The notes beneath the pieces are model-generated. The model was not told where the DNA came from and did no database searches. It saw only the letters and a program-made list of their open reading frames with translations. Both the position numbers and the translations under genes were made by a program. A stretch of DNA of 39,632 nucleotides from Minisyncoccota bacterium (lineage in GTDB: Bacteria; Patescibacteriota; Minisyncoccia; Phycocordibacterales; JABAAK01), in the NCBI GenBank assembly GCA_958295675.1, contig OY282360.1, positions 424,394-464,025 on the forward strand. The letters run 5' to 3'. Numbering within the stretch: the first letter of the stretch is position 1; every line of letters starts with the position of its first letter. Of the stretch, positions 9,654 to 19,163 are shown in pieces.

Positions 9654-11072
9654 CTATGCACTGCCGCTCAGTTCACGCAAACGCACAACGCCTTTCTTCA
9701 CACGCATCAGGGTCTGTTTTTTACCGATTGCCTGCGCGATAACAAAAGGTCCGGGACTTTTTTCCCGCCCGGACAGCGCGACCCTGAGCGGCCAAAGGAC
9801 ACGCGATTTCCCCTGCTCCTCGGCATATTTCCATACGGCATCCTGCACATGCTTCTCATCCCATTGCCGGTACGCGCTCACTGATTTAAGCAGCGCATGC
9901 GTGCGCTCCAGAGATGTGAGTATTTGATCAGCAGAATACTGTTCTTTCGTGCTGTCTTTCGGCAACAGTAATGCCGCGGGGTAATCAGGTGCGGTAAAAA
10001 AGAAATCATACTCGCCGTTATGAATTGATTCCCGAACCTCAGAAAACACAATCCCCCGTTCCCGCACTGTCTGCAGTATGGTCTGTATAGAACGGGGGTG
10101 CAGACGCGAGCGTACAGGAAAGCGTTTCACAAGAGCCGGCACCACTTCACCCCGAAGACGGTTTTCCGGCATGCGCTGTATGCACTGCTTATTGAACCAT
10201 TGTAGTTTTTTCTCGTCAAAAATCGCTTCCTTTTTTTGTATATGTTCCAAGGAAAACAGTTCTATGAGTTCCTCAAGCGTGAAAATTTCCCGGTCATCTT
10301 TCGGATTCCAGCCGAGCAGTGCTATGGTATTTATCAGCGCTTCCGGAAGGTATCCTTGCTCAACGAACGAGAGAACAGAAACAGCATCTTTCCGCTTTGA
10401 GAGCTTGCCGCCACTCGGTGAATGGATAAGCGGGATATGCGTATACATCGGCGGAGATATGCCGAGTGCTTTAATGAGCAGCACTTGACGGGGTGTGTTA
10501 ACAATATGATCATCACCGCGCAGCACATGCGTAACACCCATTTCCGCATCATCTATGACAACCGCAAGATTATACAGCGGATCATCAGTACTCCGCGCTA
10601 TGACAAAATCACCGAGATCAGATGTATCTATGGTGATATCACTGCGAACGGTATCTGTGAATGAAACTTTCGGGTTCGTGTTCCTGAAACGCACAACTTC
10701 AACTTCCCTGCTCGGATCTTTTTTTGACGGTTCCCGTGACACATACGCATGGTCGCTATCAAGCAGACGAGCAATATACTCTCTATGGATCTCTTTCCGT
10801 TCCGACTGGCGCGTGACAGTATCCGGATGCAGTGAAAGCCAGTGCAGCGCGCTGAGGATTTCTTCTTCGTGTTTTTCATCACTGCGTTCGCGATCGGTAT
10901 CCTCAAATCTGACGGCAAAAATACCGTTATGTTTTCTTGCGAACAGGAAATTAAAAAGCGCGGTACGCGCGGTGCCGATATGGAACGAACCGGTCGGACT
11001 CGGTGCTATGCGAGTGACTACCTTTCCGGAAATATCGGATGATGTGTCTGTTGTTATACCATTATGCTTCAT
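9654..11072 (-). CDS. gltX: Glutamate--tRNA ligase
   Basis: 'TRIAPSPTGSFHIG', 'RFEDTD', 'THVLRGDDH', 'KLSKR'; start trimmed to 11072 to avoid long overlap with murG. Confidence 0.95.
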   Translation of the reverse strand: MKHNGITTDTSSDISGKVVTRIAPSPTGSFHIGTARTALFNFLFARKHNGIFAVRFEDTDRERSDEKHEEEILSALHWLSLHPDTVTRQSERKEIHREYIARLLDSDHAYVSREPSKKDPSREVEVVRFRNTNPKVSFTDTVRSDITIDTSDLGDFVIARSTDDPLYNLAVVIDDAEMGVTHVLRGDDHIVNTPRQVLLIKALGISPPMYTHIPLIHSPSGGKLSKRKDAVSVLSFVEQGYLPEALINTIALLGWNPKDDREIFTLEELIELFSLEHIQKKEAIFDEKKLQWFNKQCIQRMPENRLRGEVVPALVKRFPVRSRLHPRSIQTILQTVRERGIVFSEVRESIHNGEYDFFFTAPDYPAALLLPKDSTKEQYSADQILTSLERTHALLKSVSAYRQWDEKHVQDAVWKYAEEQGKSRVLWPLRVALSGREKSPGPFVIAQAIGKKQTLMRVKKGVVRLRELSGSA

Positions 11073-12213
11073 GAGATTTGAGAATATCCGCGAGTAAGCG
11101 CGCGATTTTTTTTGCGGCATCCGGTGTCGCGAACGCTTTGGCCTGTTCAGATAAATGTTTTCGATTTTCCTCGGAATTGAGTATCGCATCAATTTGAGAA
11201 ACAAGCAGATGCGGGGAAAGATTCTGTTCCTCTATGACAATACCCCCTGCTGAGCGCGCATAGGCGTAGGCATTCTTGCGCTGATCATGCGACACATCCT
11301 CACGAATCGGCACAATAATGGAAGGTATGCCCCACGATGCTATTTCAAATAAGGTTCCGGAACCTGCACGGGTAATGATAACATCAGCAACGGAATAGGC
11401 GACGCGCATATAGTACGGATTGAAATAATCAATGGGTCGGTAGGTATTGATTTCCTTGAAAGCGCGCAAAAAACTGGCGGATTCTTCTTCAACGGATTTG
11501 ATATGTTGTTTGCCGGTCTGATGCAATACTTGGTATTTTTTAAGCAGAATAGGCAGCGCATCAATAACATTATCATTTATATACTTCGCACCGGAAGATC
11601 CACCGAGTGCCAAAACTGTCGGCACATCAGGATCAAGTTTCAATAATTCATGCGCTTCAGGATTCGGATTATACATCACTTCCCTGCGCATCGGCGCGCC
11701 GATTAACGCGGCACGCTCTTTCTGTTTTTCAGTCAGTTCATGTTCCGCTTCAGGGTATGCCACGGCAATATACTTCGCGAATGATGCGGACCATTTTGTC
11801 ACTCTCCCGAGTGCGGCATCCGATTCATGAATCACTACCGGAATACGCAACAAACGGGCGGCAAAAAGGGTCGGAAAACTCGCGTATCCGCCTTTACTGA
11901 ATACCACATCAGGAAAGATGAAAAAAAGATTCATCAGTGCCTTCATAATACCGAATGCTATGGAAGAGAGAGAGAGAAAATTTTTCACATGCGAGACAAT
12001 ATCTTTTGTTCTGCGCCGTTTTCCCGCGGGACAATACACATACGCTATGCCGTTTTCGTACAGCGCTTTCTCGTCATATTTCGTCGGACCGAAATAGTAC
12101 TTATGCGGCTGTACTAATTGATTCTCCTGCGCGTACACATCTATCTCCTCAGCAACAGCAATAAGAGGATAAAAATGACCGCCGGTACCGCCGCCGACAA
12201 AAACTATTTTCAT
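11062..12213 (-). CDS. murG: Lipid II N-acetylglucosaminyl transferase MurG
   Basis: 'MKIVFVGGGTGGHFYP', 'SKGGYAS', 'HESD', 'GGSSGA', 'RAGSG', 'DQRKNA'; real start 12213. Confidence 0.95.
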   Translation of the reverse strand: MKIVFVGGGTGGHFYPLIAVAEEIDVYAQENQLVQPHKYYFGPTKYDEKALYENGIAYVYCPAGKRRRTKDIVSHVKNFLSLSSIAFGIMKALMNLFFIFPDVVFSKGGYASFPTLFAARLLRIPVVIHESDAALGRVTKWSASFAKYIAVAYPEAEHELTEKQKERAALIGAPMRREVMYNPNPEAHELLKLDPDVPTVLALGGSSGAKYINDNVIDALPILLKKYQVLHQTGKQHIKSVEEESASFLRAFKEINTYRPIDYFNPYYMRVAYSVADVIITRAGSGTLFEIASWGIPSIIVPIREDVSHDQRKNAYAYARSAGGIVIEEQNLSPHLLVSQIDAILNSEENRKHLSEQAKAFATPDAAKKIARLLADILKSHEA

Positions 12214-12235
12214 ATATATCCAGTATATAGTATGT

Positions 12236-12272
12236 AAAAAAGAAAAAACCGCACTGCTTTTACAGTGCGGTT
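12236..12272 (-). terminator. Intrinsic terminator
   Basis: Perfect 10-bp stem AACCGCACTG/CAGTGCGGTT (12247-12272) followed on the minus strand by a T-rich run, just after the stop at 12281. Confidence 0.8.
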
Positions 12273-12280
12273 CTCTTCTG

Positions 12281-12634
12281 TTAGTGATTCGCGTGCCGTC
12301 GGGACAGGCGGACAAGCACATGAAACAGCAGGGCGAACAGCATCCCTGCCGCAATGCACACTAATGCCGGAACACTCATTTTCTCCAGCACGGCATCTTT
12401 GATGAGCGTACTCAAAAAAGAACCGCCAGGAACAAACACTAACGCAACGCCAAAAAAGGCATAACCGGCACAGCCGCCTGAAGTGATGCCATACAACGCC
12501 ATTTTCCGCGCAAGTTTCGGGTTGCCGTGCCGATGTCTCCATGATTCTGCTATCATGGACATAGCACAGAAAACGGATGAAACGCCAAGTACACACAGTG
12601 CAATCACTGTTGCTAGCCCGACTGTATCTTCCAT
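12281..12634 (-). CDS. Small multi-TM hypothetical membrane protein
   Basis: 117 aa with three hydrophobic segments; AAAGGAGG 5 nt before ATG; terminator downstream. Confidence 0.7.
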   Translation of the reverse strand: MEDTVGLATVIALCVLGVSSVFCAMSMIAESWRHRHGNPKLARKMALYGITSGGCAGYAFFGVALVFVPGGSFLSTLIKDAVLEKMSVPALVCIAAGMLFALLFHVLVRLSRRHANH

Positions 12635-12705
12635 GAAGACCTCCTTTCAGTTTGTAAAGAACCCTATATACAGAGTACTATACCGCCTGCTAACAGAACA
12701 AGGTG

Positions 12706-13872
12706 TTACACCAGCGATCCGCGATAGAGTTCCCGTTTTATCGGTTGCTGTTGAAGCACATTGAGAATAATACCGACTGCTACAAAGGTGAGAAGAAGCG
12801 AAGTGCCTCCGCGACTGAAGAATATAAGCGGTATACCGGTCGCGGGAAAACCGAGCACGACAAGTATATTCACAAAAAACTGGGCGGCAAACATAGTGGC
12901 GATGCCGACCACGATATATCTCCCGAATAAATCTTTTGTAAAATCAGCAACAGCATAGCAGAGAGTAAAGAAAAGAAGAAAAATGAAGATAAGCAGCAGC
13001 GAACCGATAAAACCGGTCTCAGCGGCAACAAGGGCAAAGATTGAATCAGTAGTCACTTCGGGAATATCAAGCTGAGCACTTTGGGAAACAAACCCGGGTC
13101 CCTGCCCGACCGCTCCGCCAACCCGGACGGCCTGCAAGTTTTGCAATGAGTGATACGCATCACCATACCTCTGTTCCGGCGTGAGTTCACCGAAATGCAA
13201 ATCATAGAATGTGGTGATACGGGTTGAAATGTATGACGGTCCGGCACTGATAAATCCGACACCGGCAATAGCGATGATAAGTATCATTATCCACCATTTC
13301 CACGGCAGGCGGGCGATAAGTGCCATACCCAGTACTGCCGCAACGATAATAAGGATGGTGCCGTAATCCGGCTGCGCCCAACTCGCGACAGCAAGAACAA
13401 AAAAAGCACCGAGTGTATACGCGATAAGATGTTTCACATTGCTCCGAACCTTTTTATGCGTGAACAAAAACGCGAAAAAAAGAATAAAGGCGATCTTCAT
13501 CACCTCGGAGGGCTGAAATTGGAGTAAACCGAAATCAATCCAGCGAACAGCACCATTTCGTTCAACAGCAAGCGGTGTCATTAGAATCAGCATGGCGACA
13601 CCGGTAAGTATGCTTATAGTGAATATAAAACGCCTGTACAACTGATAGCGGAAACGGGCGACTAAAAACATCAGACCGAAACCGAGCAAAAAGGCAAATA
13701 TTTGAATACCAAGTTGGATAAAAATGTTAATACTCGGATGATCAACCGCTTCCGCGATATACGCATAAAAAAGGAAAAAAAGGCCGATACAAAACAGGAC
13801 AACGGTCATAAAAATAATAAGACGGTACAACTGATCCCGATGAGTAATCCATGTACGAACAATGTTTCTCAT
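12706..13872 (-). CDS. ftsW: SEDS peptidoglycan glycosyltransferase FtsW/RodA
   Basis: 'NGAVRWI..G..QFQPSEVMK', 'QPDYGT', 'TDSIFA', 'PATGIPLIFFSRGGTS'; lies between mraY and murG. Confidence 0.9.
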   Translation of the reverse strand: MRNIVRTWITHRDQLYRLIIFMTVVLFCIGLFFLFYAYIAEAVDHPSINIFIQLGIQIFAFLLGFGLMFLVARFRYQLYRRFIFTISILTGVAMLILMTPLAVERNGAVRWIDFGLLQFQPSEVMKIAFILFFAFLFTHKKVRSNVKHLIAYTLGAFFVLAVASWAQPDYGTILIIVAAVLGMALIARLPWKWWIMILIIAIAGVGFISAGPSYISTRITTFYDLHFGELTPEQRYGDAYHSLQNLQAVRVGGAVGQGPGFVSQSAQLDIPEVTTDSIFALVAAETGFIGSLLLIFIFLLFFTLCYAVADFTKDLFGRYIVVGIATMFAAQFFVNILVVLGFPATGIPLIFFSRGGTSLLLTFVAVGIILNVLQQQPIKRELYRGSLV

Positions 13873-13876
13873 AGTG

Positions 13877-14917
13877 CTATAACAAAAGCAGCAATGATAC
13901 CCCGAATACAACACAAATAATAGTAACTAACATATATCGCAGCACAACCGATGAACCGGGTATGCCGATTGCTTCAAAATGGTGGTGCAATGGCGCTATA
14001 CGAAATAGTTTTTTCCCTGTCGCTTTCCTGTAAAGTAATTGCAGCACATTGGACACCCAGGTAGCGATAAGAATCCCACCGAAGATACATCCTATCCACA
14101 ACCCGGATCCGGAATCCGCGCAAACGGCAAGTAAGAAAGTGCTGATCGCGAAAAGAGTAGTGAGTGTGGTGATACCGGTTTCAGTGAGGTATGCTTTTGC
14201 CGGCGCATAATTCGCAAATAGCCACGGAATGAGCATACCGCCGGCAAGCAGTGACAGCAGGAGTACAACTGTATCACCCTGCAGCATGCTTACAATACCG
14301 ATACCGATAAATAGCACCAAGAAAATACTGCCCGACAGACCGTCCACACCGTCAATGACAGATGATATCTGCCAAAACAGACACCACAGCGTGAACAGCA
14401 CAGCCATAACCAAAGTACTGACAATCACATTTTCAAACGGCGCGAACGGAAGGAAAGTGATATGAGCAGGAAGGAGTGATGCGAAACCAAAACCGCAGAT
14501 AAGCATAATAACGCTATATAGCATCAAACGATCACGAATCCGCAGAGATTTTCGCTTGATAAGACCGATGTCCGTGAAGTCATCGTACAGCATCATAAGC
14601 GAGACCGCGGCGACAGTCAGCACAGCAAGCAACAGAATATCAGACCGAAGATACAACGCTAATGAAATACCGACAACAATCACCGTCGGCAGCAATGCTA
14701 ATCCTCCGACACGGGGAACACGCCGTTTCTTAATGCTTCGTTCCTCCCGTTCTCTGATTTTTTTGAATTCAGTCGCTTCCGTGCCGTACAGAGTTTTCTT
14801 CCTATCCCGCTTGTATGCGCGCATTTTTCTCAGTAACGGAATAACAACAGCAGTCACAAGCGCGCCGACAATAACAGACGACCAAAAAGTAATGAGCGCC
14901 AGCAAAGTAACATCCAT
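13877..14917 (-). CDS. mraY: Phospho-N-acetylmuramoyl-pentapeptide transferase
   Basis: 'PRVGG', 'YDD', 'DGVDGL', 'LFRIAPLHHHFEAIG'; multi-TM. Confidence 0.9.
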   Translation of the reverse strand: MDVTLLALITFWSSVIVGALVTAVVIPLLRKMRAYKRDRKKTLYGTEATEFKKIREREERSIKKRRVPRVGGLALLPTVIVVGISLALYLRSDILLLAVLTVAAVSLMMLYDDFTDIGLIKRKSLRIRDRLMLYSVIMLICGFGFASLLPAHITFLPFAPFENVIVSTLVMAVLFTLWCLFWQISSVIDGVDGLSGSIFLVLFIGIGIVSMLQGDTVVLLLSLLAGGMLIPWLFANYAPAKAYLTETGITTLTTLFAISTFLLAVCADSGSGLWIGCIFGGILIATWVSNVLQLLYRKATGKKLFRIAPLHHHFEAIGIPGSSVVLRYMLVTIICVVFGVSLLLLL

Positions 14918-14971
14918 ATAGTATTCAGTGTAGCAGACATATCTGCGAAGATAACGATAACACGGTATGAT

Positions 14972-16225
14972 ATGATGATAGGTATGAAAGAATACAAGGG
15001 TATGCGTTTATTTCCGCCTCGTGAGCATAAAAACTTGGAACGAATATTGAATGCTTGGACAAAAACGGCGAAAGCGTACGGTTTTCAGCAGTATAAAACC
15101 CCGCTTCTTGATCCTGAAGAACTCTATGCCGACAAAACCAGTGAGGAGATTATGCGTGAACAAACCTACCGATTCACCGACCGGGGCGGGCGCGACATAT
15201 TGCTTCGTCCGGAAATAACACCTGGTACGGCAAGCATGATCGTTGAACTACAGAGAAAGAGAATGCTGCGCGCACCGTATAAAGTATTCTCAATCGGCAG
15301 TGTCTTCAGATATGAAAAGGAACAGAAAGGAAGAAAGCGGGAACACATACAGTGCAATATTGATATATTCGGTGAACCAGCCATGTGGGCTGATGCGGAA
15401 ATAATAGAAGTCGCGTTTACCATGCTCAAAAATGCAGGTCTTCAAAAAAAAGATTTTGAGATACGGCTGAACGACCGCTCAGCAATGAACACAACGCTCA
15501 GAAATTTAAACATTCAAGAAGAAGTTCATTCGGATGTTCGGCGGCTATTTGATAAAAGGGATAAAATATCCGCACAAATATTTGAAGAAAATCTTAACGC
15601 GCTGACTGATATTTCCCTGAAAGCAATTGACGATGCGTTACTGCAAGAACCGGACACAGTACAAAAATTGAGAAACATGCTTCTGGAAGACATCCAAGCC
15701 GTATATAGTCCGAATACAGTCAGAGGATTTGATTACTACACCGGCATTGTTTTTGAAATATTTGCAAAAGATAAAAACATCGCAGAACGATCGGTTGTCG
15801 GCGGCGGACGCTATGACAATCTAATTGAAATATACGGCGGTGCGCCATTGCCCGCTGTGGGTTTCGGCATGGGTGATGTGGTGCTTACCGATTGTATAGA
15901 CACCCTTGCCGCGCAACCGGAAAGTAAAAATACTCCGGTTATTATTATATGTTCAATATCAGAAACAATGACACAACACGCCCGTGAAATAGGAGAAATA
16001 ATACGAAAGCACTTCCCTGTCTCATATATCGGCACAATTTCTGAAAACAAATTGACGGATGTGTATAAATACTACGAAAAAGAAGAAGTACATTTTGTTA
16101 TAGCAATTGATGAAAACAGGCAAATACATATAAGAACATTGCACAATCGAAAAACTACTACAATTGAAAATATAAGTGATACAATAAAATTTATTAAAAA
16201 AGAGTATGAAAGGATTAGTATTTGA
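14972..16225 (+). CDS. hisS: Histidine--tRNA ligase
   Basis: 'LRPEITP', 'FRYEKEQKGRKREHIQ', 'VRGFDYYTG', 'GGGRYDNL', 'PAVGFGMG'; start may be 14984. Confidence 0.95.
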   Translation: MMIGMKEYKGMRLFPPREHKNLERILNAWTKTAKAYGFQQYKTPLLDPEELYADKTSEEIMREQTYRFTDRGGRDILLRPEITPGTASMIVELQRKRMLRAPYKVFSIGSVFRYEKEQKGRKREHIQCNIDIFGEPAMWADAEIIEVAFTMLKNAGLQKKDFEIRLNDRSAMNTTLRNLNIQEEVHSDVRRLFDKRDKISAQIFEENLNALTDISLKAIDDALLQEPDTVQKLRNMLLEDIQAVYSPNTVRGFDYYTGIVFEIFAKDKNIAERSVVGGGRYDNLIEIYGGAPLPAVGFGMGDVVLTDCIDTLAAQPESKNTPVIIICSISETMTQHAREIGEIIRKHFPVSYIGTISENKLTDVYKYYEKEEVHFVIAIDENRQIHIRTLHNRKTTTIENISDTIKFIKKEYERISI

Positions 16226-16784
16226 TATAGAAACAAAAGATGTATTTGACGCTACGAAGAAAAAAGCACAGGATTTAGAAATAAGCGTTGTCGGTGTGTA
16301 CAGTTATTTAAATGATACATACGAAGCATATACACAGGAAACATTACCGGCATTATGGGATTTGCTGCGGAACATAGACACGCTCATAGGTTTTAATAAC
16401 AACCATTTTGATACCCCGCTCCTGAACAAATACGCTCCGATGGATTTAACAAAAGAATACAAAAGCATAGATCTTTTAGAAAGCGTGCGTATCTCACTCG
16501 GCAGAAGAATCCGTCTTGATTGGATTGCTGAAGGAACACTGGGCATCAAAAAAAGCGGAGACGGTCTGCAGGCAGTACGCTGGTGGCAGGAAGGGGAAGT
16601 GGAAAAGGTAAAAGAATACTGTCTTGATGATGTGAAAATCACCAGACAAATATTTGATTATGCAGCAAAAGAAAAAGAGTTGAAATATAATGATCTCGGA
16701 ACAGTCCACACAATTCCGATAGATACCTCTGAATGGAAAGATAAAGAAATGACACCGGAAGAGGCAACTGTTAGTTTATTCTGA
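16206..16784 (+). CDS. Ribonuclease H-like / DnaQ-fold exonuclease domain protein (YprB-like)
   Basis: 'VFDIET', 'IGFNNNHFD', 'YCLDDVKIT' acidic exonuclease motifs. Confidence 0.85.
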   Translation: MKGLVFDIETKDVFDATKKKAQDLEISVVGVYSYLNDTYEAYTQETLPALWDLLRNIDTLIGFNNNHFDTPLLNKYAPMDLTKEYKSIDLLESVRISLGRRIRLDWIAEGTLGIKKSGDGLQAVRWWQEGEVEKVKEYCLDDVKITRQIFDYAAKEKELKYNDLGTVHTIPIDTSEWKDKEMTPEEATVSLF

Positions 16785-16790
16785 TATGGA

Positions 16791-16799
16791 TGGTATAGT
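16791..16799 (+). promoter_or_regulatory. Extended -10 promoter (TGgTATAGT) of repeat-protein paralog A
   Basis: Same TGGTATAGTGC is conserved upstream of paralog B; 8 nt to ATG in both. Confidence 0.6.
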
Positions 16800-16807
16800 G
16801 CGTATGT

Positions 16808-17923
16808 ATGAATATGGCAGAACGCTGTACAGATTTGTGGAAACAATACAGAATATTCGGAACACTGAAAGACCAGTACATGAAAACTCTTTCTCACCAC
16901 GGTATGCATTCAACAGAAGCAGGAACAGCGAGAGAAAGATTTGATATAAAAAAGAAAGAAATTCTCACTACGATTGACGAGATCAACAAACTTCCTGCGT
17001 TTCATGTTACTCGTGTTTTGAAAGGATTATGGGAACGCAAAGAAGCTCAACCTCAGTATATTGCCGGTGCTCTTATTGGTATTGGCACGCCCGAATCGAT
17101 GAGAATGCGGAAAGAACTATTGCATGTAATGGGTACTCATCCAGTAATGGGTACTCATCCAGATGTTATTCTTAGTCTTGTAGGAGTCGGTACTCCTGAG
17201 GCAATGGCGATGCGAAGAGAATTTTTAGAAAACGGTGTTGATCCGGGCATTGTCGTCAGAAGTTTAGTCGGTATCGGTACTCCTGAGGCAATGGCGATGC
17301 GAAATGAATTCCTAGAAAAAAATGTTGATTCCATGCGCGTCACCTACAGTCTTGTCGGGGTCAGCACACCGGAAGCAATGACAATGCGAAAAGAATTATT
17401 AAAAAAAGGGGTTGATCCTATGTATATCGCCCACAGCCTTGCAGGAGTCAGCACACCGGAAGCAACAACGATGTGGAGGAAAATATTAAGAAAGATTCTT
17501 AATAGGAAAGATTCTGTTCATTGTGCTCTTGGTCTTATCGGAGTCAATACAGATGAAGCAATGAGAATACGAAGAAAACTGCTAAAGAAAGAAAAAGATT
17601 ATGATTTTATTGTCAGAAGTCTTGCCGGTGTCACCACCGCCGAAGCAATGAGAATGCGAAAGGAATTGCTGAAAAAAATTCATCCTGTCGCCATTGCTCA
17701 GAGTCTGGCAGGGGTCAGCACACCGGAAGCGAATGAAATGCGGGAAAAACTTCAGGAAAGAATGTTGATTCATGAGAATCTTGCTCAGAGCTGCGTCGGT
17801 GTACACACCGAAGAAGTAGAAGAATTCAGACAAAAATATTTTATCGGCGATGAATTAGCATCAAGCTATGGAAGTAGAAGTGTCGAAGAAGCAATTATCT
17901 GTCGATATGGCTACGAACAGTAG
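16808..17923 (+). CDS. Uncharacterised alpha-helical (HEAT-like) repeat protein, paralog A
   Basis: Nine ~29-aa repeats 'SLxGVxTPEAMxMRxxLL'; N-terminal ~90 aa and C-terminal CRYGYEQ shared with 28552-29715. Confidence 0.85.
   Translation: MNMAERCTDLWKQYRIFGTLKDQYMKTLSHHGMHSTEAGTARERFDIKKKEILTTIDEINKLPAFHVTRVLKGLWERKEAQPQYIAGALIGIGTPESMRMRKELLHVMGTHPVMGTHPDVILSLVGVGTPEAMAMRREFLENGVDPGIVVRSLVGIGTPEAMAMRNEFLEKNVDSMRVTYSLVGVSTPEAMTMRKELLKKGVDPMYIAHSLAGVSTPEATTMWRKILRKILNRKDSVHCALGLIGVNTDEAMRIRRKLLKKEKDYDFIVRSLAGVTTAEAMRMRKELLKKIHPVAIAQSLAGVSTPEANEMREKLQERMLIHENLAQSCVGVHTEEVEEFRQKYFIGDELASSYGSRSVEEAIICRYGYEQ
17126..17161 (+). repeat. Exact 18-bp tandem duplication (VMGTHP x2)
   Basis: GTAATGGGTACTCATCCA twice, in frame. 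Confidence 0.95.
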
Positions 17924-18011
17924 TATTGTATAAAACTAATGAAAGATGGAATAGATGTAGATAACTGCACACTTATGCCGCAACCACTTAACACATTTAA
18001 TCAATAAAAAA

Positions 18012-18039
18012 ATCCCACCAGCGTTTCCACCGGTGGGAT
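18012..18039 (-). repeat. 28-bp hairpin boundary repeat, copy 1 (terminator-like)
   Basis: Minus strand ATCCCACCGGTG-GAAA-CGCTGGTGGGAT then T-run. Confidence 0.9.
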
Positions 18040-18066
18040 AAGTGAGAGTGTGCCAACAGATCTACT

Positions 18067-18207
18067 TTAGTGAACACGCGGTGTATTGTTGTTAGCAATC
18101 GCCGCCGATCACACCCGCAAATCAGCATCCTTTGTCAGTTTGGCGAGGACTGCCAGCGGTGTGTTGGGGTGGCAAGCAATGCTCACTCGAAATAGCTTCA
18201 GTTTCAT
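18067..18207 (-). pseudogene. Minimal LRV-repeat cassette with premature stop
   Basis: MKLKLFRVSIACHPNTPLAVLAKLTKDADLRV*SAAIANNNTPRVH*; TGA at 18111-18109 aligns to CGA in paralogs 26619-27002 and 27178-27483; GGGAGG SD intact. Confidence 0.75.
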
Positions 18208-18265
18208 GTTGACCTCCCGCGGTCTCCGTGTGAAAGAGCAGAAAACAATCTGCCATCTGATATAC

Positions 18266-18294
18266 AATATACAGGTATTAGTGCAATACGTCAA
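18266..18294 (-). promoter_or_regulatory. Sigma70-type promoter TTGACG-N17-TATATT
   Basis: Same layout and spacing at 19222-19250 and 27626-27654. Confidence 0.7.
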
Positions 18295-18335
18295 GTATCC
18301 CTCACAGAATATTCTTGTTTTCAATATATAAAAAA

Positions 18336-18363
18336 ATCCCACCAGCATTTCTACTGGTGGGAT
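18336..18363 (-). repeat. 28-bp hairpin boundary repeat, copy 2
   Basis: Minus strand ATCCCACCAGTA-GAAA-TGCTGGTGGGAT then T-run; compensatory G-C to A-T change next to loop. Confidence 0.9.
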
Positions 18364-18410
18364 AAGTGAGAGAACGCTCCTAGTGGGAGAAGGCGAAGAA
18401 ACTATACTAC

Positions 18411-19163
18411 TCAATCCCTATTTTCTTCTTGCCAATTGGGATTCTTGGCAACCGCCCCACGAACTTTTGAGCTGGAATCTTCTGACAGTTTTTTGAGGAG
18501 ATTCAACGGTGTGCTAGCGTTCTTGGCGACTTCCAATCGCACCTGCCAATGTGTATCCTTTGCCAGTTCGGCAAAGATTGTCGGTGGTATGTTTGTGCTA
18601 TCCTTTTGAGCAAGCACCGCTCGCACCCGCCAATTCGCATCCTGTACCAGTTTGGCGAGAACTTTTGATGGTGTACTACCGTTACCAAAAACCGCCTGAC
18701 GCACACGCTGATCCGCATTCTGTGCCAGTTCAACAAGAGCTTTCGGTGGTGTGCTGCCGTTGGAAGAAACTGCCTGCCGAACAGTCACAGCTGCATCTTG
18801 TGCCAATGTGGCGAGAACTGCCGGCGGTGTGCTACCGTTGGAAGCAACTTCATGCCGCACTGACCAATACGCATCTGTTGCCATGTCAGCAAGGACTGCC
18901 GGCGGTGTGTTGATGTGGCGAGCAACCGCAAGCCGCACCCGCCAATTCGCATCCTGTGCTAATTGTGCAAGTACTCCTTGTGGTATGCAATCGTGGAAAG
19001 CAACCACTTCTCGCACCTGCCAATGTGTATTGTTTGCCAGTTCGGCAAGAAGTTTTGGCGATATATTTTTGGCGAGAAGTTTTGGCGATGTATTTTTATG
19101 GCGGACAAGCAATCGCAAAACGAGTACGAACACACGCAAATCCACAAATAGCTTCAGTTTCAT
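18411..19163 (-). CDS. LRV (leucine-rich repeat variant)/HEAT-like repeat protein, 250 aa
   Basis: 26-aa repeats 'NxxTPPxVLAxLAxDxxWxVRxxVA'; start 19163 after AGGGGG SD (ORF track extends into the leader). Confidence 0.85.
   Translation of the reverse strand: MKLKLFVDLRVFVLVLRLLVRHKNTSPKLLAKNISPKLLAELANNTHWQVREVVAFHDCIPQGVLAQLAQDANWRVRLAVARHINTPPAVLADMATDAYWSVRHEVASNGSTPPAVLATLAQDAAVTVRQAVSSNGSTPPKALVELAQNADQRVRQAVFGNGSTPSKVLAKLVQDANWRVRAVLAQKDSTNIPPTIFAELAKDTHWQVRLEVAKNASTPLNLLKKLSEDSSSKVRGAVAKNPNWQEENRD

Larger units (their letters stand above)
18190..18363 (-). repeat. ~175-bp direct repeat (hairpin + promoter + leader + first 6 codons); partner 19146-19321
   Basis: Near-identical by eye, a handful of substitutions and a 2-bp indel. 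Confidence 0.9.

Noticed and set aside
18109-18111. UGA recoding (genetic code 25 or 4) to explain the in-frame TGA
   Set aside because: Conserved genes are intact under code 11, several end in TGA (5874, 16784, 33818), and the aligned codon in paralogs is CGA.
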